Positions 1 to 30,800 of a DNA stretch of 64,000 nucleotides are shown here, one piece after another (the stretch's first letter is position 1; each line of letters begins with the position of its first letter). Both the position numbers and the translations under genes were made by a program. The stretch spans positions 72,726,001 to 72,790,000 of the forward strand of contig NC_135659.1 of the NCBI RefSeq assembly GCF_964188315.1, read 5' to 3'. The notes beneath the pieces were generated by a model. It was not told the origin of the DNA, did not search any database, and saw only the letters and a list, made by a program, of their open reading frames with translations. This DNA is from Podarcis muralis. Its lineage: Eukaryota.

Positions 1-139
1 GTGGGGCGGGGCTTACCTGCCCCTTCTTCCCAATATTTTAATTCAAGTTGGCACGCTTGTCTACTGCCACCTCGTCAAAGACGTGGCTGTCAATCCTCTC
101 AGAGAAAGACTCGTCCACTATCAGATACCGTAGTTAATT

Positions 140-900
140 TTGCTTAGAAGAAACCCTCGGCGATTCAAAGACGGCCCTGCGCCAGAAAGAAAGCGAGCCT
201 TCATTCCCACCACCACACACACACGAATCGTGTTTGTTTCTAACACTGACGGAGACGGCATTCCCCGTGGAAAGGGCTTTTTGGAGAGAGTCCTTTGCCC
301 CCAGCTGGTGGTTTGCAAACTACCCGGGAGGCTTTCCCGCCCGGCCGGGGCTCGTTTCCTCCCTCAGAGCTCCTCGTTGGAGCGGCGCCCGCCAAAAGGC
401 TCCGCCCACGGCCGACACGGGAGCCCCTCAGCCTCCTTTCCCGGACTAGGGATGCGGTGGGTGGGGGAAAGGAGAGACGGTCCCTCTCCAGCCAGAGCTT
501 ACACTGCTCCGTTACGGAAGCCCTTGACGACGGCCAACGCCGCCTGGTATCTGCGCTGCTGCAGCAGGGAGTTGACGGTGTATAGCAGGGTCCGCAACAT
601 CGTCTCGCCCCCCATGGCCGAAGAATCTCTCGCGCTCTCCTTCTCTCTCGCGCTCGCACACCGATCCCGGCGCTTTCGCAACCCGAGGGGACGATTTGCC
701 TAGAGCACCGAATGCATGGAAATGGGGCTTGAGCAAAGAGCGTCGGTGTGGAAAACTCAACCCACGCACTACAGTTCCGCCCAACCGAGGGAAGGGCAAC
801 AAAAACGATAGCAGGTGCAAGCAGCTAGGGAAAAAAAAAGTTCTATGGGCTTCTCTCCGTTCAGTCACTGGTCCGATGAGGGCGAACGGGGCGGTGCCGC
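140..900. promoter_or_regulatory. CpG island / PXMP4 promoter and first exon
   Basis: Visibly GC- and CpG-rich over exon 1 and its flanks, against an AT-rich, CpG-depleted background. Confidence 0.8.
503..615 (-). CDS. PXMP4: PXMP4 coding exon 1 (peroxisomal membrane protein 4 / PMP24); remaining exons lie left of the window
   Basis: Minus-strand translation MGGETMLRTLLYTVNSLLQQRRYQAALAVVKGFRNGAV matches the vertebrate PXMP4 N-terminus (LL..RRY.AALAV.KGFRNGAV). The 113-nt exon ends at a GTAAGC donor (502-497). Head-to-head with ZNF341, as in mammals. Confidence 0.95.
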
Positions 901-1348
901 GCCTACCTCACTTTGCCCTTAGACAACCTTCGTTTGTCTTCTTGCTTACAACCTGTCAGGGGACGGCTTTGCTTCTCGTCGCCTCTGGCTCCACCTACTG
1001 TTGGGTTTTCTCTGCCTTCTCCCTTACCAATCTCAAATGGGCATCAGCCCCCACTGTGTTTCTCCCCCCCCCCCTATTTTACACAGCGCTAGTGGGAAAC
1101 GATTCTGTGTACAAGGTTGTCGTAAGTGACTCCCAGCCTAATCTGCCCCACATCTGGTGATAGAATAACACTGAACTATATTTTCACTTGCAGCACATTT
1201 TCAAAAACTTCGAGAACTACCTTCTTACACACACAGTAAGACTACTGCTTTTGAAAGAGCATAAACTCTTGATTTTGCTTCTGCATTAAAAAAAAAAAAA
1301 AGATGTTGTGGGTGTGGAGCCAAATCACATTTATAATGCATCTAGATT

Positions 1349-1500
1349 CAGGTAGGTAGCCGTGTTGGTCTGATGCAGTCGAAATATATATATTAAAAAA
1401 TAATAAAAATTGTCCAGTAGCACCTTAGAGACCAACTATGTTTGTTCTTGGTATAAGCTTTCATGTGCATATCTGAAGAAGTGTGCATGCACACAAAAGC
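1349..1500. mobile_element. Penelope-like element terminal remnant with inverted junction and decayed hammerhead motif
   Basis: Sequence tagccgtgttggtctg...agcaccttagagaccaac...ctgaagaagtgtgcatgcacac matches the recalled squamate Penelope terminal repeat. Inverted repeat gctttcatgtgca / tgcacacaaaagc. Confidence 0.7.
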
Positions 1501-1552
1501 ATCAACCTGCACCAGCACAGCCATCAGGAGGATCAACCACATCAATCTCCCC

Positions 1553-2100
1553 TGTTGGTATCCGTCTGTCTTAGGAGACAATGGAGGAGTGCGCCTTTGG
1601 GGGTGAAATCAAACTGTTGGAAGGTTACAGCGCCTTCGGGGGCTGTCGAGACCGATACGGGAGAGAGACATGTTTTGTTGCAGCTGAGGCAAATGAAGAT
1701 GTCTGGTTATGCTGCTGCACCATGGCATTTCTTCTCTCTGCGCCCCTCCCAGCAGTCATTCCTCCTCCTATGGATGCATGATCTGACTTTGTTTCTCCAG
1801 GCACTGTGGTCGTCTGCAAGGGATTCCCACACAGCAGGGTTGATGTTGCCAGCCTTCATGTCACATTTCCAGACATCTTTGTAACACAGAGTTGGTCTGC
1901 CAACAGGCCTAGTGCCTGAAACCAGGTTCCCATACAGAGCACATCCTTAAGGATCCCGCATCTTCCATTCTGTGAAAATGACTAAGCCAGCCTAGACGTC
2001 AATAAGACAGGAGTGCAAACATGCTTGGGAATGTGGGCTTGGAAGAACACATCTCTGTTTAAGACTCTGTCCTTTCGTGTGCCGTGCAAAATTTTTCTTA
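1553..2100 (-). mobile_element. RTE-clade LINE, 3' fragment
   Basis: Minus-strand translation includes SGTRPVGRPTLCYKDVWKCDMKAGNINPAVWESLADDHSAWR and a C-terminal CNKTCLSRIGL segment typical of RTE ORF ends. Frameshifts and stops are present. Confidence 0.85.
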
Positions 2101-2673
2101 AGCAGCAGGTGCCGCTTCTGACCATGGGCATAGGAGCCAGGATTTATGTATGGACACCCACCTGCCACCATCCTATGTCTGGCTCTGTCTAGCAGATTTG
2201 GAATGGCACGTCTCAACATTATTAAAGTCTCCCATCGGATACAACCGATGTGTAGAAAGGACTGAAAGGCCCTGAAAATAGAGGCAATGCGTGTACTTCT
2301 GTAACCCAAGAAAACAATTTAAAAACAGAGTTGTTTCGAATTACCTTTCTGTTGACTCAGAAAAATCTATCGAAATCTTTCTACTTTCAGTTAGTACTGT
2401 AGTAAAAGGAGCTGAGAAGCTTTATGGCTACTTTGAGTTAAGTATTTCCATTTATTTACATCACGGGGGTGCAGCTCCCCCCCCCCCCCCCGCGCTTGGA
2501 CGTTGCCCCCCACCCGCTTCCATAAAGCAGCGCCCTCAGCACGCGCGGAGCGGCTCTTCCCTCAGCCGGCCTCCCCTCCCCTCCCCGCCCCCTCTTGCTC
2601 CCCCTGGCGGCAAAGCGAGCCTCCCTCTTCCTTCCCACAATGCCCGTTTAGGCTGCTCTGCCTCGGCTCCAAG

Positions 2674-22335
<19,662 letters not shown>

Positions 22336-23799
22336 CTGAATAGTACTGTGACTTAATGGGGAAAATAATTCCTCTGCTGTTTGATGGAGATATGCTGCTG
22401 CAGGGGATTGGAAATGAATGAAATGTGTATGTGTACTGTATGTGTGAGTGTATGTTTCAGCTGCCATGATGCAGTGATCAGCATTCATAAAGAATTTTGT
22501 TGATAAAACTGAGAGTAGCTTCCCTTATCCAGATGAATTAATCATGCGGAGTACTGAAAGGTATGGTTGCATGCTTTTCTTTGAAAGATGCTTATTGGTT
22601 AACATAATTTATGATGATTCCTGAATCCAGTGAGAAACACAATACAGAACATTGAAATAACATACAAGACCTGATTTATTTTAATTGTAGTGCATCCCAT
22701 TTGTAATTATTTTCTGGAATTTGCAATACCCTGTATCTGGACAATTTGTCTTTCCAGCTGTAAGCAAACAATCCTTCGTACTGGGAATAAGTCCATTGTG
22801 TTCTCCATTTCGAATGTCATTCATAAATGCTCTCAACAGAAACATCCTATGACTCTGATGTATGTAGAAAAGAGACGCAGTTCTGCACAAATACCATGGT
22901 CCAGTTAAAATTTGAGCTTTCCCTCATGCACTTGCTAGGATTAGCATATGATGAGCAGCAACCTCATATAAAAGGAAACATGCCTAAATGCATGATTTAG
23001 AAATGTAAGTGTGCTGCAAGTGTACAGGCAGCTAGTGACTGCATTGTTAAGAAGGGCAGAGAAAAATAACGAGCAATTCTTGCTCAATTCTGTGTAATCA
23101 ACAATGCCTAATGAAGAATTGGAGAAGGAATGCGAGAGACAGGGGCAAGAGCGGGGAAAGTTGAACTAAACAATTTTATCAATTAACAACGTTCTCACTA
23201 AAACAACATCATCACCCACCCATAGCACTGATGTTACATTTTCAAGTTTTGCCATAGCCAGACCACGAACCTCAGAAAAACAAATGTACTGTATTTGGAA
23301 AAGCTTCATGCCTGAGCCCGAGTCACCTGGCATTTCAAGTACAATCTTTAACAATGATGTTTTATTTCTGCTTCTGTTATCATTCATTACTTTTCAATAC
23401 GGTATATCCTCCAAAGAGCTGAGAGTTGTATTTTAGTCCCACAACAACCCCATGAAGTAGGTTAGGCAAGAGAAACTGACTTGCTCAAGGTCACTTAATA
23501 TCGGCCCACATCCGAACCCACCATTCAAGCAAGTCACTATTAGAGGCTCCAAAAAGGTTCAACCTGTGGGCTCAGGGGTGGCTCAAGATATCAGCTGCCT
23601 GAGGTGAAGGACGAGATGGCACCTTTCCCCAAGGCCACAAACTGGTGGTTGAATCTTACTACAATACAGGTGAACTGGACGGTGTCTTCCCCAGCACATG
23701 GCTCTCATAACTACGGGTCTCCCCTCCCTGCACTTGCCTCTCTCTCCATCATGGTTATGGGGCATCTCCTAATGCTTTGGTGGAGGACAGGACTACATC

Positions 23800-23933
23800 N
23801 NNNNNNNNNNNNNNNNNNNNNNNNNNNNNNNNNNNNNNNNNNNNNNNNNNNNNNNNNNNNNNNNNNNNNNNNNNNNNNNNNNNNNNNNNNNNNNNNNNNN
23901 NNNNNNNNNNNNNNNNNNNNNNNNNNNNNNNNN
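23800..23933. other. Assembly gap (134 N)
   Basis: Run of n characters. Confidence 1.
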
Positions 23934-24850
23934 AGCGCTCCTCGCGCGTCGCCAAGTGACGTCACCCCCTCAGAGAACGAGAGGAAACCCTGAGTGAAAA
24001 AACTACGGCACCCGGCAGCCCTTGCGTGTTATTTACATACTCGCGGCCTGTTGAGTAGCGAGGGCTGGGGAAGAAGGCTGTGGGCGGAGCCGCCGTTGCC
24101 GTGGCGCCCGGAGTGACGTGAGAGAGAGAGATCTCGGGCGGTCCTACCGGGAGGCCGTGAGTCAGTCAAGGGGCAGCCGAGGCTGACGTGCCGGCGGGGG
24201 CTTTGCGTGTGTGGCATCTGTGTGTCAGTCAGGGAGTGGTCACCGAGAGGGCTCGGGCCTGTGAGAGGCCCTACAGCCGCCGCCACCGCCGCTGCTGGTG
24301 GAGGGGCCTCTCCGGTCGGGAGGAAGGCGGAGGTGGTGTCTCTTTCCTGGCGTTTTGCCTCAGCACCGGCGGTCTTCGGCCGGCCCCGCTTCCCTCCCTC
24401 ACGGTTGATCTTCTCGTAACCGGGAGGTCGCGGGGTGCCGCCGTTTCTCCGCTGCCGCTTTCTCCGCCTTCGGCCCAGCCATGTCGGGGCTGCTGGGCAA
24501 GCTGTTCGGGACGGGCGGGAAGGGCGGCGGCAAGGGGCCTTCCCCCCAGGAGGCCATCCAGCGGCTTCGCGACACGGAGGAGATGCTGAGCAAGAAGCAG
24601 GAGTTCCTGGAGAAGAAGATCGAGCAGGAGCTGGGGGCGGCCCGCAAACACGGCACCAAGAACAAGCGCGGTGAGCGGGGGCGGGAGGAGGAAGAGGTGG
24701 CTTCTCTCCTCGGGTGGGACTTCTTTTCAAAGTTCCCTTTATTTATGTATGCTGGTTTCCCACCCCCACAGTGAACTGCGCCCAAAGCGCCTCGTAATAA
24801 CCGCTAGCGGAGTCGCTGTCAAAACACGTAACATCATCGGGGAAGGGGAA
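23934..24850 (+). promoter_or_regulatory. CpG island / CHMP4B promoter and exon 1
   Basis: GC/CpG-rich. Palindromic CRE GTGACGTCAC at 23956-23965; further TGACGT at 24114 and 24184. Confidence 0.85.
24481..24670 (+). CDS. CHMP4B: CHMP4B exon 1
   Basis: MSGLLGKLFG...HGTKNKR; GTGAGC donor. Confidence 0.95.
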
Positions 24851-27800
24851 GCAACTTTACAGAACACATCAATTGCTTTCAAGTAAGGCAAAAGAAGATA
24901 GGTAGATATAAATCCGTAAATAAAAGTCTTGCAGTATTATAGTTGCTCCGTTTGATGCTTAACAAGCAGAGCACAAAATCAAAGCTTGCAGACCTAAATA
25001 AATAAAGCTGACCAACGTGACCAGTACTCCAAGGGGCCACAGCAGCCTAAAATCTACCTGTGGCAAGACGGGTGTAGAGACAGAAAGGTGCTTGGACCTT
25101 TCTAAAGGAAAGGATGGTGCTGGGGTTGGTTAGAGCAAAGTAAAAACACAGCTTAATAGGTAGGAAGAGAGCTTGCTTCATAATGTTGTGTATGTTTACT
25201 CAGAGATAAGACACCTTGCAATCTGTAGATTTTTACTTAAATGTGCCTAAGTTTGCGGTATTAGTGGCATTTTTGCCTTAAAAGCCTCCAGGGTAATGTT
25301 CAGCCTACTAAGAAAATAAAATAGATAAACTAAATGTGCAGCAACTATCAATGACATGGCACACAAGACAGGAGCAAAACACATTTCCATCACTGGGGTG
25401 GCCTGCTTGGACTCACCAGATCATTGTTATAAGGCTACAGTTCCGTAATTAAAAGTACCCAACCCAGAGCTCTTCCTCCATTCCTATTTTTGTGAGCCTC
25501 TTGTGAGTTTGGCATGCAGATAGGTTTTGCAGCCTTTTCTCTACACTGCTTTAAGCACAAAAGAGACTTCAGATGTTGAGGGGAGGAAGTAAAGGGGGCT
25601 GTTGTGTGAACTTCACTGGAGGCGTACAGGTTTATTCAATATAGTGAAATAAATGGCAGTTGGTGTTCAGAATGGGAACATTATTGTAATATATCTGAAA
25701 AATACGGTGTGCTTTATGTTTCCATGTGTCCATCTCCTATAGCAGGCATGTCCAACAGATTGATTGCGATCTACTGGTCAATCGCAGGGTGGCCCTGGTT
25801 GATCCTGGTCGATCTTTGGACAACTTTGGTCCACCCTCCAATTACAATGTAGATCACTGCCAATTTTTTATACTGTAAGTAGATCAGTGTCTTGGGAGTT
25901 CGGCGTGCCTGCCCTACAGTAAAAGTCTCTTTCATTTTTCTCAGGCCGTTAGTAGCATTTGCATCTTGAACTCTCCTGGTTTGGGGCCTATATACACATA
26001 AAAGTGTAAGGTAGCAGATGTCTTGTTTCTATAGTTTGGACTTTGGTTTTAATTCTTGACGCCAGCAATTTGCTGTACATCTATCCTGGTCTTACTTTCC
26101 CCCCATCCCTCTTTTGAGTTTTGCTCTTCAAGTTCTGCTGTAGCACTCAGATCTTGGGCTAGTTTGAGTGGGATTCTGCGAGGGAGTACCTTAGGGTTAG
26201 CCTCTAGATCCAGCATCTTTTCTATGTCCCTGCTCAGTTTTGGGTTGCTTCCTTGGGGCTGCATCCAGACCTGTGCAGGGCAGGGAGGCAGCTGGGTACA
26301 CTTGGCCCAGGCCTCAGAGGACTAAGCTGGCTGGGGGAGGGGGCGTGCTAGGGGCCTGCCAGACTTATGCTGTCGTGTCAAGAATAGGACTTCTCCCTCA
26401 GGCCTCAGACAAGCTCTACATGGGCCTGGCTGCATCCATTTGAAGCCTAGACCTAGGTAGTAACCTGCACTTTGTGCAGAGTGATCTATAATCTTTAAAC
26501 TAGCACCAACATTGTATTTCCTCATTGAGGCTTTCTCGCCGAGGCTAAGTTCTAAGCTAATCTCTTGTCAGGGTCAGTATTCCTTATTTCTTAGTTGAAC
26601 CTGAGGCACATTGAAAAGATATTAAACAAGAGGCTGTTTCTCTTATCTCATTTATGAAGCTGCAGTATATGTTCCATGTTATGTTGCTCAGGACTATTTT
26701 CCTTTAATTGACACTGTCTCATTCTTATCATGGTTTTGCTATTTAGTGTGCTGTGTATGCTTATGGTATTTAGAAGCAACAGGGTCTCCTTACAGTAATA
26801 CTGGAACTTTTTATCTCCACAGCAGAATATGTTTCTGTGTATACAATTTATGTACATTCTTTACCATTTATTTCTGTTGTCAGCTTTTATAATCATGACT
26901 TGTAAAAAATGCCAAAATAAAGGGAGAAAGCTATAGGCTTCTTTAATTCATCATCTGGCTAGTTGGAAAAGCTTAGTTTGCTGATCTGGCAAATGCTTCA
27001 TTCTATCAATGGTAAATGAGATTGGTTGTATAGTTACAAAAGAATGCTGCACTTTATGCTGTAATGCAATTTATTGACAGCTCATGTGGTGTTGTGGTAA
27101 AGAGATTGAGCTACAAATCAAGATGTCCCCATTTGACTCTTACTGTTCATTAGGTAGCTGTAGAATGATGCTGGTCTGCTTTGCAGGATGGTTGTAAAGA
27201 TCACAACAAAATAATTTCTGAATAGTAATATTTCATTAAGTACCACACTAGTCAGTGTGGGAGAAGATACTTGCTCCTTGCTTACCTCTGACAGTAGTTC
27301 ATACTACCTTGAGACTAGACTGAGGGCCAGCTTGGGCATGTTGAAGATCTGAGATCAGAATCTCCCGTATGCTTGTAAACCTCAAAACAGCTATGGGGAA
27401 GGAACACTAGGAAAGGTGTTTAAAATGAGCAAGCAAACAAACAAACAAAAATCTCATGCTATTTCCCTGATCTAAATCATTCCCTAAGCTCCAGGAGGAA
27501 AATGTCAGGTACAGATGTACAGTTCAGCAATGTCTTGTCATTCTTCTTAAAATTAAAGTGTTACTGCATCCCTTCATGCTGATTAGCGTGCATAGAATTA
27601 GAGAAAAATTCCTATGGTTGTCCCCCCAAACTCGCCAGTTTCAGCAGAAATCATGGTGTGTGTATGTACAATGCTACATTGTGTGTTGCAAGTGCTTACC
27701 ATTATGAAAGTTGAGCAGTAGAGCTCCACTATACTCTACAGTGGTACCTCGGGTTACATATGCTTCAGGTTACATATGCTTCAGGTTACACACTCCACTA

Positions 27801-30800
27801 ACCCAGAAATAGTGCTTCAGGTTAAGAACTTTGCTTCAGGATAAGAACAGAAATCAGGCTCCGGCTGCGCAGCAGCAGCAGGAGACCCCATTAGCTAAAG
27901 TGGTGCTTCAGGTTAAGCACAGTTTTAGGTTAAGAACGGACCTCCGGAACGAATTAAGTACTTAACCCGAGGTACGACTGTATCTGCTAATAGTCAAAAA
28001 GACATTTGCAGTGAGGCCAAGGAGGTTAAAATTTGAAAAACCTATTCCCTAATGTATACAACTCTCAAACTCTCGATGAGTAAGGACTTTCCCTTCATGT
28101 GAAGAAAGCTGCAGCAGATTGAGTCAATAGTGTGTCCCACAGTCAAGATGGCAGTTACTGCACGTGCTGTAGAGGAAAGTGAGGGGCAGATGGGGCTCAT
28201 CAACCTGGGAAGGTAGTCCATCTAAGAGAAGGAAAACTCTGGTCCTAAATCTCCACTGCCTTGTGGGACATCTTCGGAGAAGAAAAGGCTAAGGAGCAAA
28301 CCCTACACAAATCCAGAGTGAAGTCCCTAAGGTGGTGGGATGGCACCTTGTACGCCTCCTTCCGGTCAGCTACTCCTGCAGCCAAGCTGATGCCAAACGT
28401 ATTACTCTGCTTTTCTTTGGACCACATCAAGGCAGAGAAGGAGGATCTTGTCATCTGGGCAGCCCAGGACCTCCATACATACGGCCCAGGCTTGTTCCCT
28501 GGGGAGGTTACTTTGGTGCTCGGTTTGACTTCACCCCCAGAGGTGCAGTGCACTGTTTCTTGAGACAGATGGATGCCAGCAACAACTCTATTCCGAAGAT
28601 ACTTCAAATACTATAAAGATGCATTTTTAGAGAGGATGATACAAAAAACATAGGTTGAAATGTGACTGTAAGCTGATCTTCCTTTATGGTCACCGGTTGA
28701 TTATAAATCTTGGTACAAGTGCATTTAAAACTGCATTTCAGTCCTTTGCACAGAAATGACAATAGCAAGAAAGAATCTGTTGAGCAGCAACGTAGTACAT
28801 TTGAAACCTGTCTACGTCCCATCAAAATGAATGGAATTGCACTAAAGTTGTCAGTATCCCAATTTCCACTGCAGATTGCTGTTTACGTTGAGTTTAATCT
28901 TAAGAGTTCCACAAGAATCTGCATGCAGTTCTTAATGAGTGAAGTTTAGTGCTTCTGATGATGCGAGTTAGTGATTCAAGTTTATTGAGTGCTAAAAGGA
29001 ATTTTTTGCTATAAAGGAGAATTGCTATTCCTTAATTTGCAAGTCTCTTTTAAGAGGCATAATAGATTAGGGTCATCTCTGGTGTAACATACAGTGTAAA
29101 TAATGGAGCATAACTTAATATGACTGGGATGTTGAGGCTTCTGTTTTCCCTGCTTACTGAAATGTTCAGATTCATAATATTGCAAAGAAGATGCTAAATT
29201 TTATTATCATCTCTTTAGAAGTTATCTTTTTACCTCTGGATAGATAATGCTCTGGTAATAAATACCATTAATTTTTAGCTCAGTTGGAATTTATAACAAG
29301 AACAATTTTGCTATACATGCTTTGGAAATGACTTGTAAAAAAATTCAGTGCCTGAAAACTTCATTGTAACAGAACACTATAGTTATTCTCACAATTACCT
29401 GATTCAGATGGTCAAAATGACTTACTGCCACCTGACACTTAAATGCCCAGAAACAACACTCTGCCCAGGCGGTATATGAACAGATCTATTTCAGTGTTGG
29501 CCTGCGTCATATGTTAATTTAACTTGTGATGCTGAAAATAGGTGAAGTTGCATAGGGTTAGGCAACAAACTGGGCTGCTCTTTGTAGAATAGCATCATAG
29601 GATTCTTTGAAAAGATGGTTTTTAGAAGATAATGTAACTCATCCTGGCAGAAACAGTGCAGTGGCTCTACCATAACACTTGACCTACAGTTTGAATGTTT
29701 TACAGTGGAAAGCAGCTCAAATTCCAGCATTCACAGAGGGCAGCCAGATGAGGGAAATTTCTAAATGTAGGCTTTGTTTACTTCTTGAAAAGGTTTTACA
29801 AACTGCAGTTGGCTGGAGCTGTATTCCTGCTCAGTATAATTCCTGTTTAAGGTTTTAAACGATAAATTCATTTAATTAGGAACTTTCAGTGGGCAGTGGA
29901 AAATTGTAACTGTTGCATCTTAATTTTAATGGTATAATGACATTTCCTTTGCTATAGATGTTTAGCTCTTAAAATTAAAAACGGACACCTGATTGCATAC
30001 TATTTAATGTGAATAGTCTTGTATAGCCATTTTAGTTTTGTAACTGGCTATAATTCTGCTTGAGTACCAATTACTACATCAGTTCAAACTGCCCCAAACT
30101 CATCTGCTTCCATGTGTACCAGGCAGCCTAGTTTCTTGTATCTTGTTCAGTATGCCTGCTTGCATTTTCCAGTTCTCCGCTATGATAACATGCTAGAGTG
30201 AACTAGAAAATCTACACCTATGCAGAGGATTGCCTCCTTTTTTATATATACAATACAATAAAAGAAACTAGTAAAAGTAAAGGTACCCCTGCCCGTATGG
30301 GCCAGTTTTGTCAGACTCTAGGGTTGTGCGCTCATCTCACTCTAGAGGCCGGGAGCCGGCGCTGTCCACAGAGACTTCCGGGTCACGTGGCCAGCGTGAC
30401 ATAGCTGCTCTGGCAAGCCTGCACCAGCGCAGCACCCGGAACGCCGTTTACCTTCCCGCTATAAAGCGGTACCTATTTATCTACTTGCACTTAAGGGTGC
30501 TTTTGAACTGCTAGGTGGGCAGGAGCTGGGACTGAAAGACGGGAGCTCACCCCGCCGTGGGGATTCAAACCGCCGACCATACGATCGGCAAATCCTAGGC
30601 ACTGAGGTTTTACCCACAGCGCCACCCGCGACCTATTAAAAGAAACTAATCTAAATAAAAACAAAAACAGAGAAAGAAAGAGAAAACATAGTCATAAGTC
30701 TTGCTTGATTACTGTATTTTCCGGTGTATAAGATGACTGGATGTATAAGACGACCCCCAACTTTTCCAATTAAAATACAGAGTTTGTGATATACTCGCAA

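Noticed and set aside
616-681. N-terminal extension MRKRRDRC... of PXMP4 in the ORF track
   Set aside because: Starts at a TTG. The ATG at 615 gives the 113-nt exon size matching the recalled mammalian structure.
140-868. Long overlapping ORFs (187, 139 and 118 aa) over the PXMP4 promoter
   Set aside because: Stop-poor GC-rich CpG-island sequence with Arg/Pro/Gly-rich low-complexity translations; only the PXMP4 frame matches a known protein.
22336-23400. ZNF341 poly(A) signal
   Set aside because: Only variant hexamers (CATAAA about 22486, GATAAA about 22502, AATACA about 22641) were seen and none could be singled out, so no feature was called.
23604-23993. ORFs spanning the N run
   Set aside because: Artefacts of the assembly gap.
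24029-24785. 233-aa and other antisense ORFs over CHMP4B exon 1
   Set aside because: GC-rich shadow ORFs with no recognisable domain.
28245-28616. Three overlapping 94-120 aa ORFs
   Set aside because: They lie within the RTE-related short repeat; no RT or endonuclease motifs and no splice context.
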